In this document: one piece after another, positions 12,511-25,719 of the stretch
Layout: each line of letters opens with the position of its first letter
Position numbering within the stretch: position 1 is the stretch's first letter
DNA from: Octopus bimaculoides
Taxonomy: Eukaryota
Assembly: GCF_001194135.2 (NCBI RefSeq)
Contig: NC_068983.1
Span: 163,739,968-163,803,967 of the forward strand
Direction of reading: 5' to 3'
Length of the DNA: 64,000 nt
Notes under the pieces: generated by a model
Seen by the model: the letters and a program-made list of their open reading frames with translations, nothing else
Database searches by the model: none
Told to the model about the DNA's origin: nothing
Made by a program: the position numbers and the translations under genes

Positions 12511-13120
12511 GAGAGAGAGAGAAAGAAGGAGAGTAGAGTTACGAAATATACAAGCTTTAATTAATAAATTATTTCCTTTGGTCTGGTCATCTTGTTAGCG
12601 TGGACGATTCACAGGTTCCGAAGCAAATGTTCATAGAGAATTACAGTTGTAGCCAATGCAACGGTTCAAAACTACACCTCAGGTGTAAGGGTTGATTAAA
12701 ATGCTACTTCCGAAAGTATTAAGTTTCTTGGGATAATTCGGAACATCATGAACAAAATTAGGAAAGCTAAAGAGTGAGAGACGCAACCACAACTTCATAC
12801 GAACGTTCTGGAAAAAAAAGGGGTAGAGCTTACCTCTTGTTGGCTGGTCTTAAAGACTTTTGAAGTCAGAATAATGGACCATGAAAAGCTCTAACATGGT
12901 TCGTGTAAATGACTCTAGCTGTCATTTTCTGATGCATAATAAAGAGTATGGCTCGTTGGTAATCTGAAGGGTTACCATAGGGTTCATGAGTTGTAAAAAG
13001 GTTCGGAAACTTGTCAGACAGTGGCATTACAAGAATCGCGTGGGAAGATATCATGTATGTATGTATGTATGTATGTATGTATGTATGTATGTATGTATGT
13101 ACGTATGTATGTATGTATGT

Positions 13121-13432
13121 GAAGGTGCGTGGCTCAGTGGTTAGGGCATTCGGCTCACGATCGTAAGGTCGTGAGTTCAATTCCTAGAGACGCGTTGTGT
13201 CCTTGAGCAAGACACTTTATTTCACGTTGCTCCAGTCCACTCAGCTGGCAAAGATGAGTGGTGCCTGTAATTCAAAAGGCCAGCCTTGTTACACTTTGTG
13301 TCACGCTGAATCTCCCTGAGAACTACGTTAAGAGTACACATGTCCGTGGAGTGCTCAGTCACTTGCACGTAGCAAGCTGTTCCGCTGATCGGATCAGCTG
13401 GGACCCTCGTCGTCGTAACCGAGGAAGTGCTC
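13121..13432 (+). mobile_element. tRNA-derived SINE family B (B2 tail variant)
   Basis: A-box tggctcagtggttagg, B-box gagttcaattcc, gtgtccttgagcaagacactttatttcacgttgctccagtccactcagctg. Confidence 0.85.
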
Positions 13433-13859
13433 CATGTATATATGTATGTACGTAATGATGGATGGGTGGATGAATGGAGACACTGAGGCATGGAAATGAA
13501 AGAGAAGCGAACACATTGCATGTGAAAGTTAAATATTTGCATGAACAAGTTGCACTCAGGTTAACTTAACTGGAAATTTTCCGTCGGCGCAAGATTCATC
13601 TCTTTTTGTTTAGACGCCACAACTCTCATTAGGGAGGTGACCTCGACCGCTAGAAAAAAACTGGTATCTTCGCTTATTGTTCAATTTGTATCCCTTAATG
13701 AACTCAATAAGTCGGCGCTAAACAAAGAGCCGCTGGCAGACGAGTTATGAATGGGAGGCAGTTGTTTAGCAACACATATTCAATTCACGAAAGACTCATA
13801 GATATGTGTGTGTGTGTGTGTGTGTTTATACAGTGAGGAACGGAGAGGGGAGGCAGTCT

Positions 13860-14065
13860 ACTCAAGTATTCTCAAGTTGTTTTACACTCATTCTCAGTTA
13901 CCACCAGTGGCTCTCATAAAATCCTATTTCCCATTTAACTTCCTGTCATCTCTACCGTGAAGATGGAAATTTTACGAAACATCGAAAATTCCACTCATCG
14001 TAACACTATTACATTTTTCTGTTTTTCTAATAAATAAATTTCTCCCCGACGCGGATTATTAAATT
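13860..14065 (+). mobile_element. Probable Penelope-like terminal repeat with decayed hammerhead-like core
   Basis: cgtgaagatgg-aaatttta-cgaaacatc at about 13956-13985 resembles CTGAAGA..GAAAC..TC. Confidence 0.35.
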
Positions 14066-14100
14066 TCTCTTTTGATTTTGTTTTATATTATGTGTGCGAG

Positions 14101-14154
<54 letters not shown>

Positions 14155-14949
14155 GCGATGTATGGGTATAATGAAAGCTGGTCATCTTTCGGTTGAATTA
14201 AACACGTTTCATAATCTACTTCTTCACTTCGGGTTGACTTCACATTTAACCCCCGATAAAGGCCAGTATTTCAGAACTAATCCTGATACAGACCTTTACT
14301 CACCATCAACACTATCAACTTTGGTAACAGATCCTGAAAACAATCGTTCTTGAGCAACTTTTCATCTTTTCCTTCTTCCTCCTTTCCTCGTTTCCAGCCT
14401 TTTGTTCTTCCTTTTCTCTTCCATACGCTGTTTCACTTTTTCTTACCGGTTCCCACCCATTTCCCTTCTCTTGTTATCTTGTTTTCCCTTCCTTTTTCAT
14501 ATTCACTGCATTAAAATAATATATATTCACCCTTCGAACTACTTTTCAAAGACGTTATGACTGAAACAGAATTATCTTCAGTACGTCGCGTATTAATACA
14601 CGGAAACCACAAGCAGACGTCAGCAAACGCACGCGTGAGTTTGTGAAAGAACCTGTTTACAAACATGTATCTGCGTATGCGCGTATGCGTACAAATATAC
14701 GTGTGCGTATGTGTGTGTGTGTGTAAATGTGTGTGCAAGTTTATATGTGTGCGTGTACGTGTATAAATGTGTGTGCAAGTACATGTGTGTGCATGTGTAT
14801 ATATATATGTATGCATTGTGTGTGTATATATATATATGTGTATGTATATAAGTACATATATATGAATACGTATGTGTGTCTATGTGTGTTCTCGTATGTA
14901 AATGTGTAAGTATACATATATATGTTTGTGCGTGCGTGTGTGTGTGTGC

Positions 14950-15013
<64 letters not shown>

Positions 15014-15577
15014 NNNNNNNNNNNNNNNNNNNNNNNNNNNNNNNNNNNNNNNNNNNNNNNNNNNNNNNNNNNNNNNNNNNNNNNNNNNNNNNNNNNNNNN
15101 NNNNNNNNNNNNNNNNNNNNNNNNNNNNNNNNNNNNNNNNNNNNNNNNNNNNNNNNNNNNNNNNNNNNNNNNNNNNNNNNNNNNNNNNNNNNNNNNNNNN
15201 NNNNNNNNNNNNNNNNNNNNNNNNNNNNNNNNNNNNNNNNNNNNNNNNNNNNNNNNNNNNNNNNNNNNNNNNNNNNNNNNNNNNNNNNNNNNNNNNNNNN
15301 NNNNNNNNNNNNNNNNNNNNNNNNNNNNNNNNNNNNNNNNNNNNNNNNNNNNNNNNNNNNNNNNNNNNNNNNNNNNNNNNNNNNNNNNNNNNNNNNNNNN
15401 NNNNNNNNNNNNNNNNNNNNNNNNNNNNNNNNNNNNNNNNNNNNNNNNNNNNNNNNNNNNNNNNNNNNNNNNNNNNNNNNNNNNNNNNNNNNNNNNNNNN
15501 NNNNNNNNNNNNNNNNNNNNNNNNNNNNNNNNNNNNNNNNNNNNNNNNNNNNNNNNNNNNNNNNNNNNNNNNNNNNA

Positions 15578-15980
15578 TAGGCGCAGGCGTAGCTGTGTGG
15601 TAAGAAGCTTGCTTAGCAAACACATGGTTCTGGGTTCAGTCCCATTGCGTGGCACCTTGGGCAAGTGTTATCAACTATAGCCTCGGGCCGACCAAAGCCT
15701 TGTGAGTGGATTTGGTAGACGGAAACTGAAAGAAGCCCATTGTACATATATATACATGTATATATGTATGTGTGTGTTTTGTGGCTAGTTTATCCCCCCT
15801 ACATCGCTTGACAATCGATGCTGGTGTGTTTATGCCTCTGTAACTTAGCGGTTCGGCAGAATAGCCGATAGAATAAGTACCAGGCTTACAAAGAATAAGC
15901 TCAGGAGTCAATTTCATCGACTAAAAGGCGGTGCTCCAGCATGGCCACAGTCAAATGAATGAAACAAAAGAATAAAAGAA
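15578..15980 (+). mobile_element. SINE family A, full length
   Basis: tRNA-like head, ccttgggcaagtg central block, internal TA/TG microsatellite, aaaagaat tail; CpGs retained. Confidence 0.9.
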
Positions 15981-16014
15981 TATATGTATATATATATACA
16001 TATAGGTATGTATG

Positions 16015-16260
16015 TCACGTGATCGACCAGACTATCGGATACTGTTATACATCGCTGGTCACAATGCACTTCGCATTGATTTAGCTTGGAAAGATGCCAA
16101 ACCCACTGGATAGGCGAGCTAGCCAACATTACCTCCGATCGGAAGGCTGAGTACATTGGAGCAACGTGAAATGGGGTGTTTTGCTCAAGAACACAGCGCG
16201 CAACCCGGGCTACGAATCGAGTCCACGACCTCACGATCGTGTCTGTAACACCATCAGGTC
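16015..16260 (-). mobile_element. tRNA-derived SINE family E
   Basis: Reverse strand has a tRNA-like head and the ttgagcaaaacac..ttcacgttgctcca block; related to 37970-38170. Confidence 0.7.
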
Positions 16261-16699
16261 ACACACACACACACACACTTACGCACATACTGAACTTCCT
16301 TCATGCTATGTCTTTCACCATCAACTTCCAAACTTCCATTGGCCAAAGTGCATTTTTAAAAAAGATGTATAGACGTCGTCCTTCTCAGAAGGCTAATAAA
16401 ATATCCGTTCTTTGTCTCAAGGGAGTCACACGCAATGTATGTGAGGAGAGTTATGGAGAAGGAACAGTCATATAATATATTTGATAACCTTTTCTTAACC
16501 ACTTTAGTATGTGGGATCCTGTTCATTTTGTACGGTAATAAAACATCTGGACGTTATCAAGAAATAGCTAAACAATAACTTGTGTATCTCCAATATTAAA
16601 AGGAATTCGGATCGTGCAAAGTTAGTTGTTTCAACGATAACATCCATGTAATAATCGTTTCCATTATAGAGATAAAGCTTGGAATTTTGGAGGAGAGGG

Positions 16700-16872
16700 A
16701 TACTCGAATACATCACCCCAGTGCTCAAATGGTTCTTATTTTATCGACCCCGAAAGGATAACAGGGGAAGTCGACTTCAATGATATTTGAACTGAGAACG
16801 TGAAGGCCGGCGAAATGCCGCTAAACATTTTTGTCTGGTGTGCTAACGATTCTGCCAGCTCGCCACCTTTAA
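16700..16872 (-). mobile_element. tRNA-derived SINE family F
   Basis: Reverse strand ggcgagctggcagaatcgttagc...gtcgac..atcctttcggggtcgataaaataag. Confidence 0.8.
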
Positions 16873-17369
16873 ACATCTGTGCGATAATAGTTGGTAAACA
16901 TGTTGGTTGTTTGATCTCCCCAGTCGTATATAGAGAGGGGGAAGAGTGGAGAGTAAAAAGTGTGATAGATAGTGAAAGCGAAATTAAAGAAAATACAGTT
17001 GAAACAAGAGGTGCAGGATGAGTGCATATACTAGATATGGTAGGAGGAAGAGGAGGTGAGAGAGTAGTTATGGAAGGAGTTATACGAATGAGATATCTGT
17101 TTATTTAATTTTATTTTAAGGTAATAAATATTTTCTTATGAAAATTAGTATTCATTTCATCAGGTTGTATAAACACCAAGAAATTTGATAAAAGTTAAAT
17201 AGTAATTATTGTTTGTACGCCATATTTGCTGATATTTCCCAAGATAGCAAAAGTATAGTTCTTAAGTATCTAAATATGACGAGTAACATTGCAGAATATA
17301 TATTTATATATAATATATTAACGGACATTAAGCTCTTTTGTAGGCGATAAAATAATGGAAGGAAGATGC

Positions 17370-17500
17370 GTTCAGTGAATAGGCACCTTGACTGGTTATT
17401 CATTTTATTGACACCGGAATGATGAAAGGTAAAACTGACCCCGGCTGGAATTGAAGTCAAAAACCTAAAGAGCCGGAACTCCAGACGTAATGCTGTTTTC
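17370..17500 (-). mobile_element. SINE family F, degenerate
   Basis: Similar to 16700-16872. Confidence 0.55.
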
Positions 17501-17573
17501 GGTTGTATAATTTAAAATATCGCAAAACATAGACGAATTCCTAATTTAATCCAATATATATTCTCCACTTAAG

Positions 17574-17940
17574 TCAAATGAAGTTCTGAGAGCTTTCTGA
17601 AAGTTTCATGATGCCAGCTTTACAGAAAATCAAAGTTTCTGCAATAAAAACACCATTTTTGCTCAGTTTTAGGGAATCTAGTGTATCATAATGTTTCTGC
17701 GCCAGTAAAATTGCTCCAAGCATTGAAATAAACGGTAATTGTGAAAGTGCAAGATTGAAAGACGGCGTAGTTAGGTGGTTGAAGCCTGACCTAGTCAGAC
17801 TTTTTAATTTTGGAAGAAATGATTCTTGCAGTATGGTAGGGTGTCGCGCATTATCATGATGGAAAACAAGATTCTTTCGATCGACCAAAGAGCATTTCGT
17901 TCTTAGTTCTCCATTCAACTGATTACTTCATCGTACACTT
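17574..17940 (-). mobile_element. Mariner transposase C-terminal remnant
   Basis: RKNLVFHHDNARH followed by a decayed HPPYSPDLAPSD-like region. Confidence 0.75.
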
Positions 17941-17982
17941 GAGATGTGATTGGTTGTTTCAGTGGAAGGATTTCAAAATAAA

Positions 17983-18008
17983 TAACCCTAACCCTAACCC
18001 TAACCCTA
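17983..18008. repeat. Interstitial (TAACCC)4 telomeric-type repeat
   Basis: Direct reading. Confidence 0.9.
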
Positions 18009-18079
18009 TCAGACACTCATCATAACCTTATTAGAGTCAAAACTTAGTTTTGGTTGAAATTTTGCTGGTTGTTCTAATG

Positions 18080-18311
18080 CAGAGGTTCTCAACCACTTTC
18101 TTTTTACCTCTTTGATTCCTACTTAACTGAGATGGACCCCCATAGCCATTCGATCTTTCAAAACATCGTATTGGAATTGTATAGTTAAATATTAATAGGA
18201 ATTGTATTTTTAAAAAATAGGTAAAACATTTTGTGTATTGCACATAAATTTTAACGACAAAATCTTGTATGGGCCCCGAAGAGCTATGTGAGCTCTGGTT
18301 GAGAACCACTG
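18080..18311. mobile_element. hAT-type MITE, 232 bp
   Basis: TIRs CAGAGGTTCTCAACCA / TGGTTGAGAACCACTG (15 of 16 match) and a perfect 8-bp TSD TTCTAATG at 18072-18079 and 18312-18319. Confidence 0.9.
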
Positions 18312-20352
18312 TTCTAATGGAACTCATCCTCTTCGATACAAAATATTTTTGTAAAGCACCCATTTTTCAACACTGGTAACAAGGTAATCAAAGAGCTGAA
18401 ATTAAATTTGTAAATAATAAGCAATGTAAATAGTGACATTCTTTTTGATCGTGGTCACTCAATTCAACGAGGGAAATCTCTCTGGTTAGACATCCATTTC
18501 TGAAATTTTCAAACCATCGTTAGCACTTTTGTTATTCGAAACATTGCCTGTAGCAGGGNNNNNNNNNNNNNNNNNNNNNNNNNNNNNNNNNNNNNNNNNN
18601 NNNNNNNNNNNNNNNNNNNNNNNNNNNNNNNNNNNNNNNNNNNNNNNNNNNNNNNNNNNNNNNNNNNNNNNNNNGGCGCAAATGCGCCCGCTAGCTGATA
18701 TACTCGTATGTACAAAATATAATAAATTTTTCAATTACAAAACTTATTCAATTTTCGTATGCCTCTGTGCAGCATAGGTCGCTTTTCCACTGCGACTTAA
18801 AACGATTAGACTCGAACAGAAAATCGTCTGGTAATTGCCATTTGAATGGAAATTTTGTTTTCACTACAAAACCCATATTGCTAGGTTTGTACCACCCCCT
18901 TGAGACCCAACTACACCCTAACTGAAAAATAAAGAGTACCTCATAAGTAATACACACGTCCTAAATTCAGTGGCGGCGTTAATGAAGATGTTACGCGTTA
19001 ATTTAATGCGTTCTACTTATCTTTATTAATGGATATCGAATTATACGTAGATGTATACAAGATTTATACAGATATAAAAGTTAAAACTTGTGATCCGCCT
19101 GCGGACCTTTATCTTTGTAAATATTTGCCCGCCGCACTAAAAAGTTTCCCCACCCCTCGCTATACAGTTCCTCTATCTATATTTGTTTTACGGCAATGGT
19201 ATCACAATCCCCAGTTTTGAACTCGTAAATCATGCCAGGTTGTATATGATCTTCTGTAAGCTCTATAGCTGTGATAAATTCTTCAAGCAGAATCTTATGT
19301 AAACCTGAAAACCTTTTTGGCATATTGGATCCCAACACAAAGAATCTTTCTCTGTTTTGTAGTGATAAATAATTATCAAAACTTTTTCGTGTAACCAAAT
19401 TAATACAAATGCAAAAAAGAGTTTAAAAAGCCATATTAATCTTTAGATGGCCCTGTACAATGAATAATTCTTTCTAATTTGAGCCCAAGGTCAACACTTG
19501 TGATAGGGAAGGATTTTATTTTAGAAACAGAAATGCAGATAAACACAGTTAGGCTTGATATATATATAAATATACATACATATACGAGNNNNNNNNNNNN
19601 NNNNNNNNNNNNNNNNNNNNNNNNNNNNNNNNNNNNNNNNNNNNNNNNNNNNNNNNNNNNNNNNNNNNNNNNNNNNNNNNNNNNNNNNNNNNNNNNNNNN
19701 NNNNNNNNNNNNNNNNNNNNNNNNNNNNNNNNNNNNNNNNNNNNNNNNNNNNNNNNNNNNNNNNNNNNNNNNNNNNNNNNNNNNNNNNNNNNNNNNNNNN
19801 NNNNNNNNNNNNNNNNNNNNNNNNNNNNNNNNNNNNNNNNNNNNNNNNNNNNNNNNNNNNNNNNNNNNNNNNNNNNNNNNNNNNNNNNNNNNNNNNNNNN
19901 NNNNNNNNNNNNNNNNNNNNNNNNNNNNNNNNNNNNNNNNNNNNNNNNNNNNNNNNNNNNNNNNNNNNNNNNNNNNNNNNNNNNNNNNNNNNNNNNNNNN
20001 NNNNNNNNNNNNNNNNNNNNNNNNNNNNNNNNNNNNNNNNNNNNNNNNNNNNNNNNNNNNNNNNNNNNNNNNNNNNNNNNNNNNNNNNNNNNNNNNNNNN
20101 NNNNNNNNNNNNNNNNNNNNNNNNNNNNNNNNNNNNNNNNNNNNNNNNNNNNNNNNNNNNNNNNNTATATATATATATATGTTGGAAGGTTTAGAGGTGA
20201 TGTACAGGAATTATATATTAGAAAAAATAATAAGGTACTCAGATATCTGGATGGTTGTACATTTACAGATTTTTATTAATATGTCACATATTTTATAAAT
20301 ATTAGCGCTGGCACCCATTCTTGTAGGTTCTTCAGATTCTTCAGGTAGGTTC

Positions 20353-20391
<39 letters not shown>

Positions 20392-20714
20392 ATATATGCA
20401 GATAAAAAGAACAAAGTATATTCAGACGATAATCACAGCATACAGATGTTTGCATATGTTGACCAATAAATTTACATTTACATAGAGAATATAAAAAAAC
20501 ATACAGAAAACTGAGAGGAGAATGCATATTTTTAACTCGACAGCTGTTTCTGGGTGTTCGGAATTACCTAATAGTTGTAATATGCAAAATTAATAGATGG
20601 TATGCGGAAAAGGTCATGGATATGCAACCTGCATATTGCTGCATAAAGACATTACTGTGAGACGGGCTTCCTTTATCAGAAGGCAAAATTGGAAAATAAC
20701 AGTTCACATCATAG

Positions 20715-20850
20715 TGGGACAGATTACTTTATTATATCGATACTGGAGGGATGAAAGACTAAATTGATTTTGATGGGATTTGAACTCAGAATGAAAGGAG
20801 CCAAAATAACTACGGCATGGAATTTTATTGTCACTCTAGCAATTCTACTA
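20715..20850 (-). mobile_element. SINE family F, degenerate
   Basis: tttattatatcgatactggagggatgaaagactaaattga...atttgaactcagaa. Confidence 0.55.
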
Positions 20851-21251
20851 GCGGGACACTATGTTTATATATATTTGATAACAGAAACATTAGAATAATA
20901 GTTTTTCCCCTTTCCTGAAAATTTTAAATGTAGCTCCAAATTTTAAAACAGAAAAATTATTTTCATTAATTTATATTTACGAACAAATTCTCTCTTTCTC
21001 TCTCTCTCCCTCCCTCTCTCTTTCACATTTACGGACATAATCTTCGTATGACAAACAGCTAGAGTATTTCTCCCTCGTCGATCCTCTTTATTACCCTCTC
21101 ACCTCATCTCAATGATATGCATGTTTTCCCCCACCCCTTACTAGCACATTCTGTTGTACCTTTAACTCTTCCACTTTGCGGCAGCTTATTATAGAACTTT
21201 CGATTCGTTTCAAGGGACGAGACCTTACACGGAAGGATCGGCGATTTATCA

Positions 21252-21282
<31 letters not shown>

Positions 21283-21605
21283 ATAGTCGTGGAGCATGCA
21301 GAGAGCTGAGAAAAAAACCCACTGACTTTAAAACGAAGCGACTGAGTTACAAGCTCTTTATTTCGTCGCATTTGCAATCAGAAATTTAGTGAACCAGTGA
21401 TTGGCTAATAAACAACGGTGCTCTTTCCCACACACGCACACATAAACACATACATACAAACATACATACATACATACATACATACTTACATACATACATA
21501 CATATATATGGTCCCAGTACAATGAGGGTCTGGGAGACAGTCTGACATTAATTGGTTTACCGCCATCAACTAGAATACAGTTGACAACTCAGAATGGATT
21601 TAATT

Positions 21606-22006
21606 CTAAATTCTTTTATTTGTTTCAGTCATTTGACTGCGGCCATGCTAGAGCACCGCCTTTTAGTCGAACAAATCAACCCCAGGATTTATTCTTTTGT
21701 AAGCCTGGTACTTATTCTATCGGTGTCTTTGGCCGTACCGCTAAGTTACAGGGGACGTAAACACACCAGCATCGGTTGTCAAGCAATGGTGAGGAGGGAC
21801 AAACACAGACACTCAAACATCGATATAGATATATGTATATAGGACGGGCTTCTTTCAGTTTCGGTCTACCGAATCCACTCACGAGGCTTTGGTCGGTCCA
21901 TGGCTATAGTAGAAAACACTTGCCCAAGGTGACACGCAGTGGGACTGAACTCGGAACCATATGGTTGGTAAGCAAGCTACTCACCACACAGCCACTCCTG
22001 CACCTA
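21606..22006 (-). mobile_element. SINE family A, full length
   Basis: Complete reverse-complement copy. Confidence 0.9.
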
Positions 22007-22289
22007 TGGTTACGTTACCATTCCTTTATCTTAACGCCCCACTATTTTTCCTCTGCTACTCTCTAAATTATAGCAGGGTTAATAGGTTATGCATTATTTT
22101 CTAAACTCATTCTGCCACAGATATGACATAAGGAAACAAGGTAATTATTTTGGTTTCTATTAATTTGTTAAAAATAGTTTATCCTTTATATTTGAAATCT
22201 ATACGGCCATCTGCAGCTGAAGAGAGCAGTTTCTTTCAAATTGATCGATTAAACGGAGCCGCTTGAAACGGCCATAATGTACTGACACT

Positions 22290-22416
22290 TAAATCACATT
22301 GTTCCGGGTTCAGTCCCAGTGCATGGCGCCATGGGCCAGATGTTTCCTACTGTAGCCTCAGGCTTACCAAAGCCTTGTGAATGGACTTGATTGACAGAAA
22401 CTGGAAAAAGCCCTTC

Positions 22417-22448
<32 letters not shown>

Positions 22449-22680
22449 GTATATACATACATATATATATGTGTGTGTGTGTGTCTGTGTGTGTGCGTCC
22501 ATGAGTCTGTGTTTGTTCCCCACTACTGATTGATAACCGGTATTGTTGGGCTTACGTCCCCGTAATATAGCAGTTTGTCAAAAGTGATTGCTAGATTAAG
22601 TACCAGATTCGCTTACGTAAACTTTTTGAAGGCGGTACCCCATCATGGCTGCGGTCTAATGACTGAAAAATGTAGAAAGA
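22290..22680 (+). mobile_element. SINE family A, diverged
   Basis: Head-to-tail match with internal microsatellite. Confidence 0.8.
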
Positions 22681-24261
22681 TATGTATTTATGCATATAGA
22701 CATGTTTATATACTTATACATACATACATACGTTATATATATATATATATATATATATNNNNNNNNNNNNNNNNNNNNNNNNNNNNNNNNNNNNNNNNNN
22801 NNNNNNNNNNNNNNNNNNNNNNNNNNNNNNNNNNNNNNNTATATATATGTATTATTCTCTTTTAGAATTATTCTCTTTTAGTGACTTATAATTTAACACA
22901 CTCGCTGGTAAAATTTCCACTTACATCCTTTTTGTTTTTCAAAAATTTTCGTTGCGTTTTGCAAACTTTTCAATAGTTTAGACTCTGTCCGTTACTACTT
23001 TCAGCTTTTGTGATTCTGCTTGTAAACAATGCCCAACAAATTAAGAGGTTTTTTTTTTCTGAATTGGTGAACGTTTGCTTTTACAAACAAACAATTGCAA
23101 TACACTTAGTTGAGTGTGTATATTCTACGAGAACCTGAAACCTCATGAATCGTGACACTAAGTTAACCATTACCGAATATCCGAATAATTGAACTTGGGA
23201 AGCAGCGTGACAATATATATGCTTAAAATTTTCAAACAATTCTAAATATGATTATCCAACAGTGCATAGAAATGTGATCGGTTGCCAAAAACCATTAGAA
23301 AATTCGTTACACATTAATCAATTCAATTGTACTGTCCAGAGCTGGAGATATTTTCCTCTGTTTATGTGCAACAAGACGCAGTGTTTTCCTGCCTTCAGAA
23401 ACATATGCATAAAACATACAAATATTGTTAATGAAGCAGTTATTGTTCATGAAGAATTAGTGCTAATGAATAAATGAAAGTTTTATGTATATGAGCATTT
23501 TTTCACGGTATAACAAATCCATTATGTAGGAAATGAACTATTTTAGCCAGTTGCTAGTCGTAAATTTCTCATGATACAGCAACGGATGTTTCTACAGAAA
23601 TTTACCAATTATAATCATTTCTTTAAAATCGCAAAATTACTATTAAAGAATACTTTCCAAGAGACGGAGATAATGGCGTATATTAGACAGTGAAACGGAA
23701 GAATATTTTTGGACATGCCCATTGTTATTTATTGAAGGAATTCAGCTACTATTCAACTGTTGTAATAATATAAGAGCAGAATCTGCGCATATTTCAAACC
23801 ATCTCATTCCCAGAATTTTCCTCCCACTGACATTTTCTGCTAATCATCCCTTTCTGTGCCGCCACTTAACTCCCCCATCTCGTCTGAGTTACCTCTTGAG
23901 ATTGACATCTCATCTTTAACACTCTCTCATATCTGCTATCACTCTCAACATCCAAAATCTCTCGTCGGCAGTTCCCACATTCATCCCGCACTCACTCTAG
24001 CCATCCCTACATACTTCTGATAACCATCTCTGTCACTGTACATCTCTCACTCTTCCACCCTCTCACATCATCTCCCTCTTTTCTTATCTATATTAAGGCT
24101 TATTATAGTGGTGCTGTCCAGCCTTCCTGTCCAGCCACTTACCACCTCATTGTGGTATGTGGCTCTACACGAAGGTGCAGAGAGACTATAAGAGGGTCAT
24201 GGGCTCTACCAATTCCTTCAGGTTCACCGAGTAAAAACAAGAAATGGCATAACGATATATA

Positions 24262-24412
24262 TAGGTGCAGTTAAAAGTTTACTTTCCAACCACTTGGTTC
24301 TGGGTTCAGTCCCGCTGTGTTGCATCATGGGCAAGTGTCTTCTACTATAGCTTCGGGCTCATCAAAGGCTTATAAGTGGATTCAGTAGATGGAAACTAAA
24401 AGAAGCCCATCC
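24262..24412 (+). mobile_element. SINE family A, 5' half
   Basis: Match to family head and central block. Confidence 0.75.
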
Positions 24413-24630
24413 TATAAATATATATATATGTATGTGTGTGTATGTATGTGCATCTGTGCATGTACATATACATGAGCGGTTAGACTTCTTTTGGCATTTT
24501 GTCTCATACTTGTCTCTCATTATGTGTTTGCGTATTTTTCACTCGCTGGTGATGAGCTGTACTTGATCTTGATGTGTGTATATATATGGCAAATGAAAGA
24601 CGGAAGATGGAATATACGAGAATCTATTAT

Positions 24631-25215
24631 TAGGATCGTTTTTAAAACGGGGGCCACATTTTTCATTAATGTTTTACGTAGTGTTTTTGGTACGGAAAGA
24701 CTTTCAAACTTCGTATACTTATCTATTTTGTGTTATAGAACAGAAAAATATTTTCGTATTCGAATTTATTTCATGTAAAAAAATTGTCTTATTTCGATAA
24801 TTTCAACCAATCACTGACAAGTATTCAGTTGTTTACATTTACTCCTTTGGCTGATTAAGCGATGTAAAGCGTATTTAATCTCCATACCTTCGTTTTATTT
24901 GCTTTTTTCATTTTAAATTTGCTTTAACCCTAACCCTAACCCTAACCTTAACCCTAGGGTTAGGGTTAGGGTTAATTGTTTCAGAATCGTTTGTTTATGT
25001 AGTCAGCACTTAATGTATATCGGCTGAATGGACGTCAGTGATTGGTTGAAATTACAGAAATACGACAACTTTAACATGGAATAACTTATGGATTTCTTTT
25101 TTTTTTAAGAAGACTAAGAGAAAAAGATGTTTTATATGACACATTCTACCAGTGTTCCAAGTTTCAAAGTGTTTCGTTAATGAAAAATGTGGCCCCCGTT
25201 TTAAAAAAGATCCTA
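24631..25215. mobile_element. Non-autonomous DNA transposon with about 40-bp TIRs, inner inverted repeats and central inverted telomeric repeats
   Basis: TIRs 24631-24671 and 25175-25215; inner 20-bp IR at 24799-24818 and 25034-25053; (TAACCC)n then (GGGTTA)n at 24925-24974; TA (or ATT) TSD. Confidence 0.85.
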
Positions 25216-25719
25216 TTATTAATCACAACAGTTGTTTCGACACGTCTAGCATGGATTCCTCTTAGGTGGGATACTCAACAACTGGTTCAGGAGCATCCAG
25301 TGGTGCAGATATATCTCGTCCGGTGATAAATAAATACAACTCGTTAAAATAACTGATCTGCAATGTAACTTTCCATTTTGTAGAGAGAAAAACAGCCAGA
25401 CGGAGGAAATATCTTCATTTACATAGAAGATCAAAAATAAAATCACGGACGTCAAAAAGAGAAACGAACACGCAATCCAGTGAGAAAAGTATTAGAAATA
25501 ACCTTTAACAAATATGTATGTATAAATGCCCTCGGGCAAGCTGCACGGTGCGAGTACACACGCTCATACAAGTATTAACAAAAATGTGAGCATACGCACC
25601 CGTGAGTTTTGGTACACTCATGATCACAAAGCGGATTAACTATCTACTTGGTGTTTGTAAGAATGGAGAGGTTAAAAGTAAACTTAAGTCATCCATATCT
25701 TAAAGTAAATTATATTTTG

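Noticed and set aside
12599-12682. Possible 84-bp exon VDDSQVPKQMFIENYSCSQCNGSKLHL
   Set aside because: One open frame in 84 bp with a moderate donor is expected by chance, and there are no partner exons.
22203-22280. Hammerhead-like CTGAAGA-GAGC...GCTT-GAAAC-GGCC-ATA
   Set aside because: No convincing stem I, a long unstructured loop II, and only one copy in the window.
24925-24974. Ancestral telomere-fusion scar
   Set aside because: The orientation is CCCTAA then TTAGGG, opposite to a fusion, and it lies inside a TIR element.
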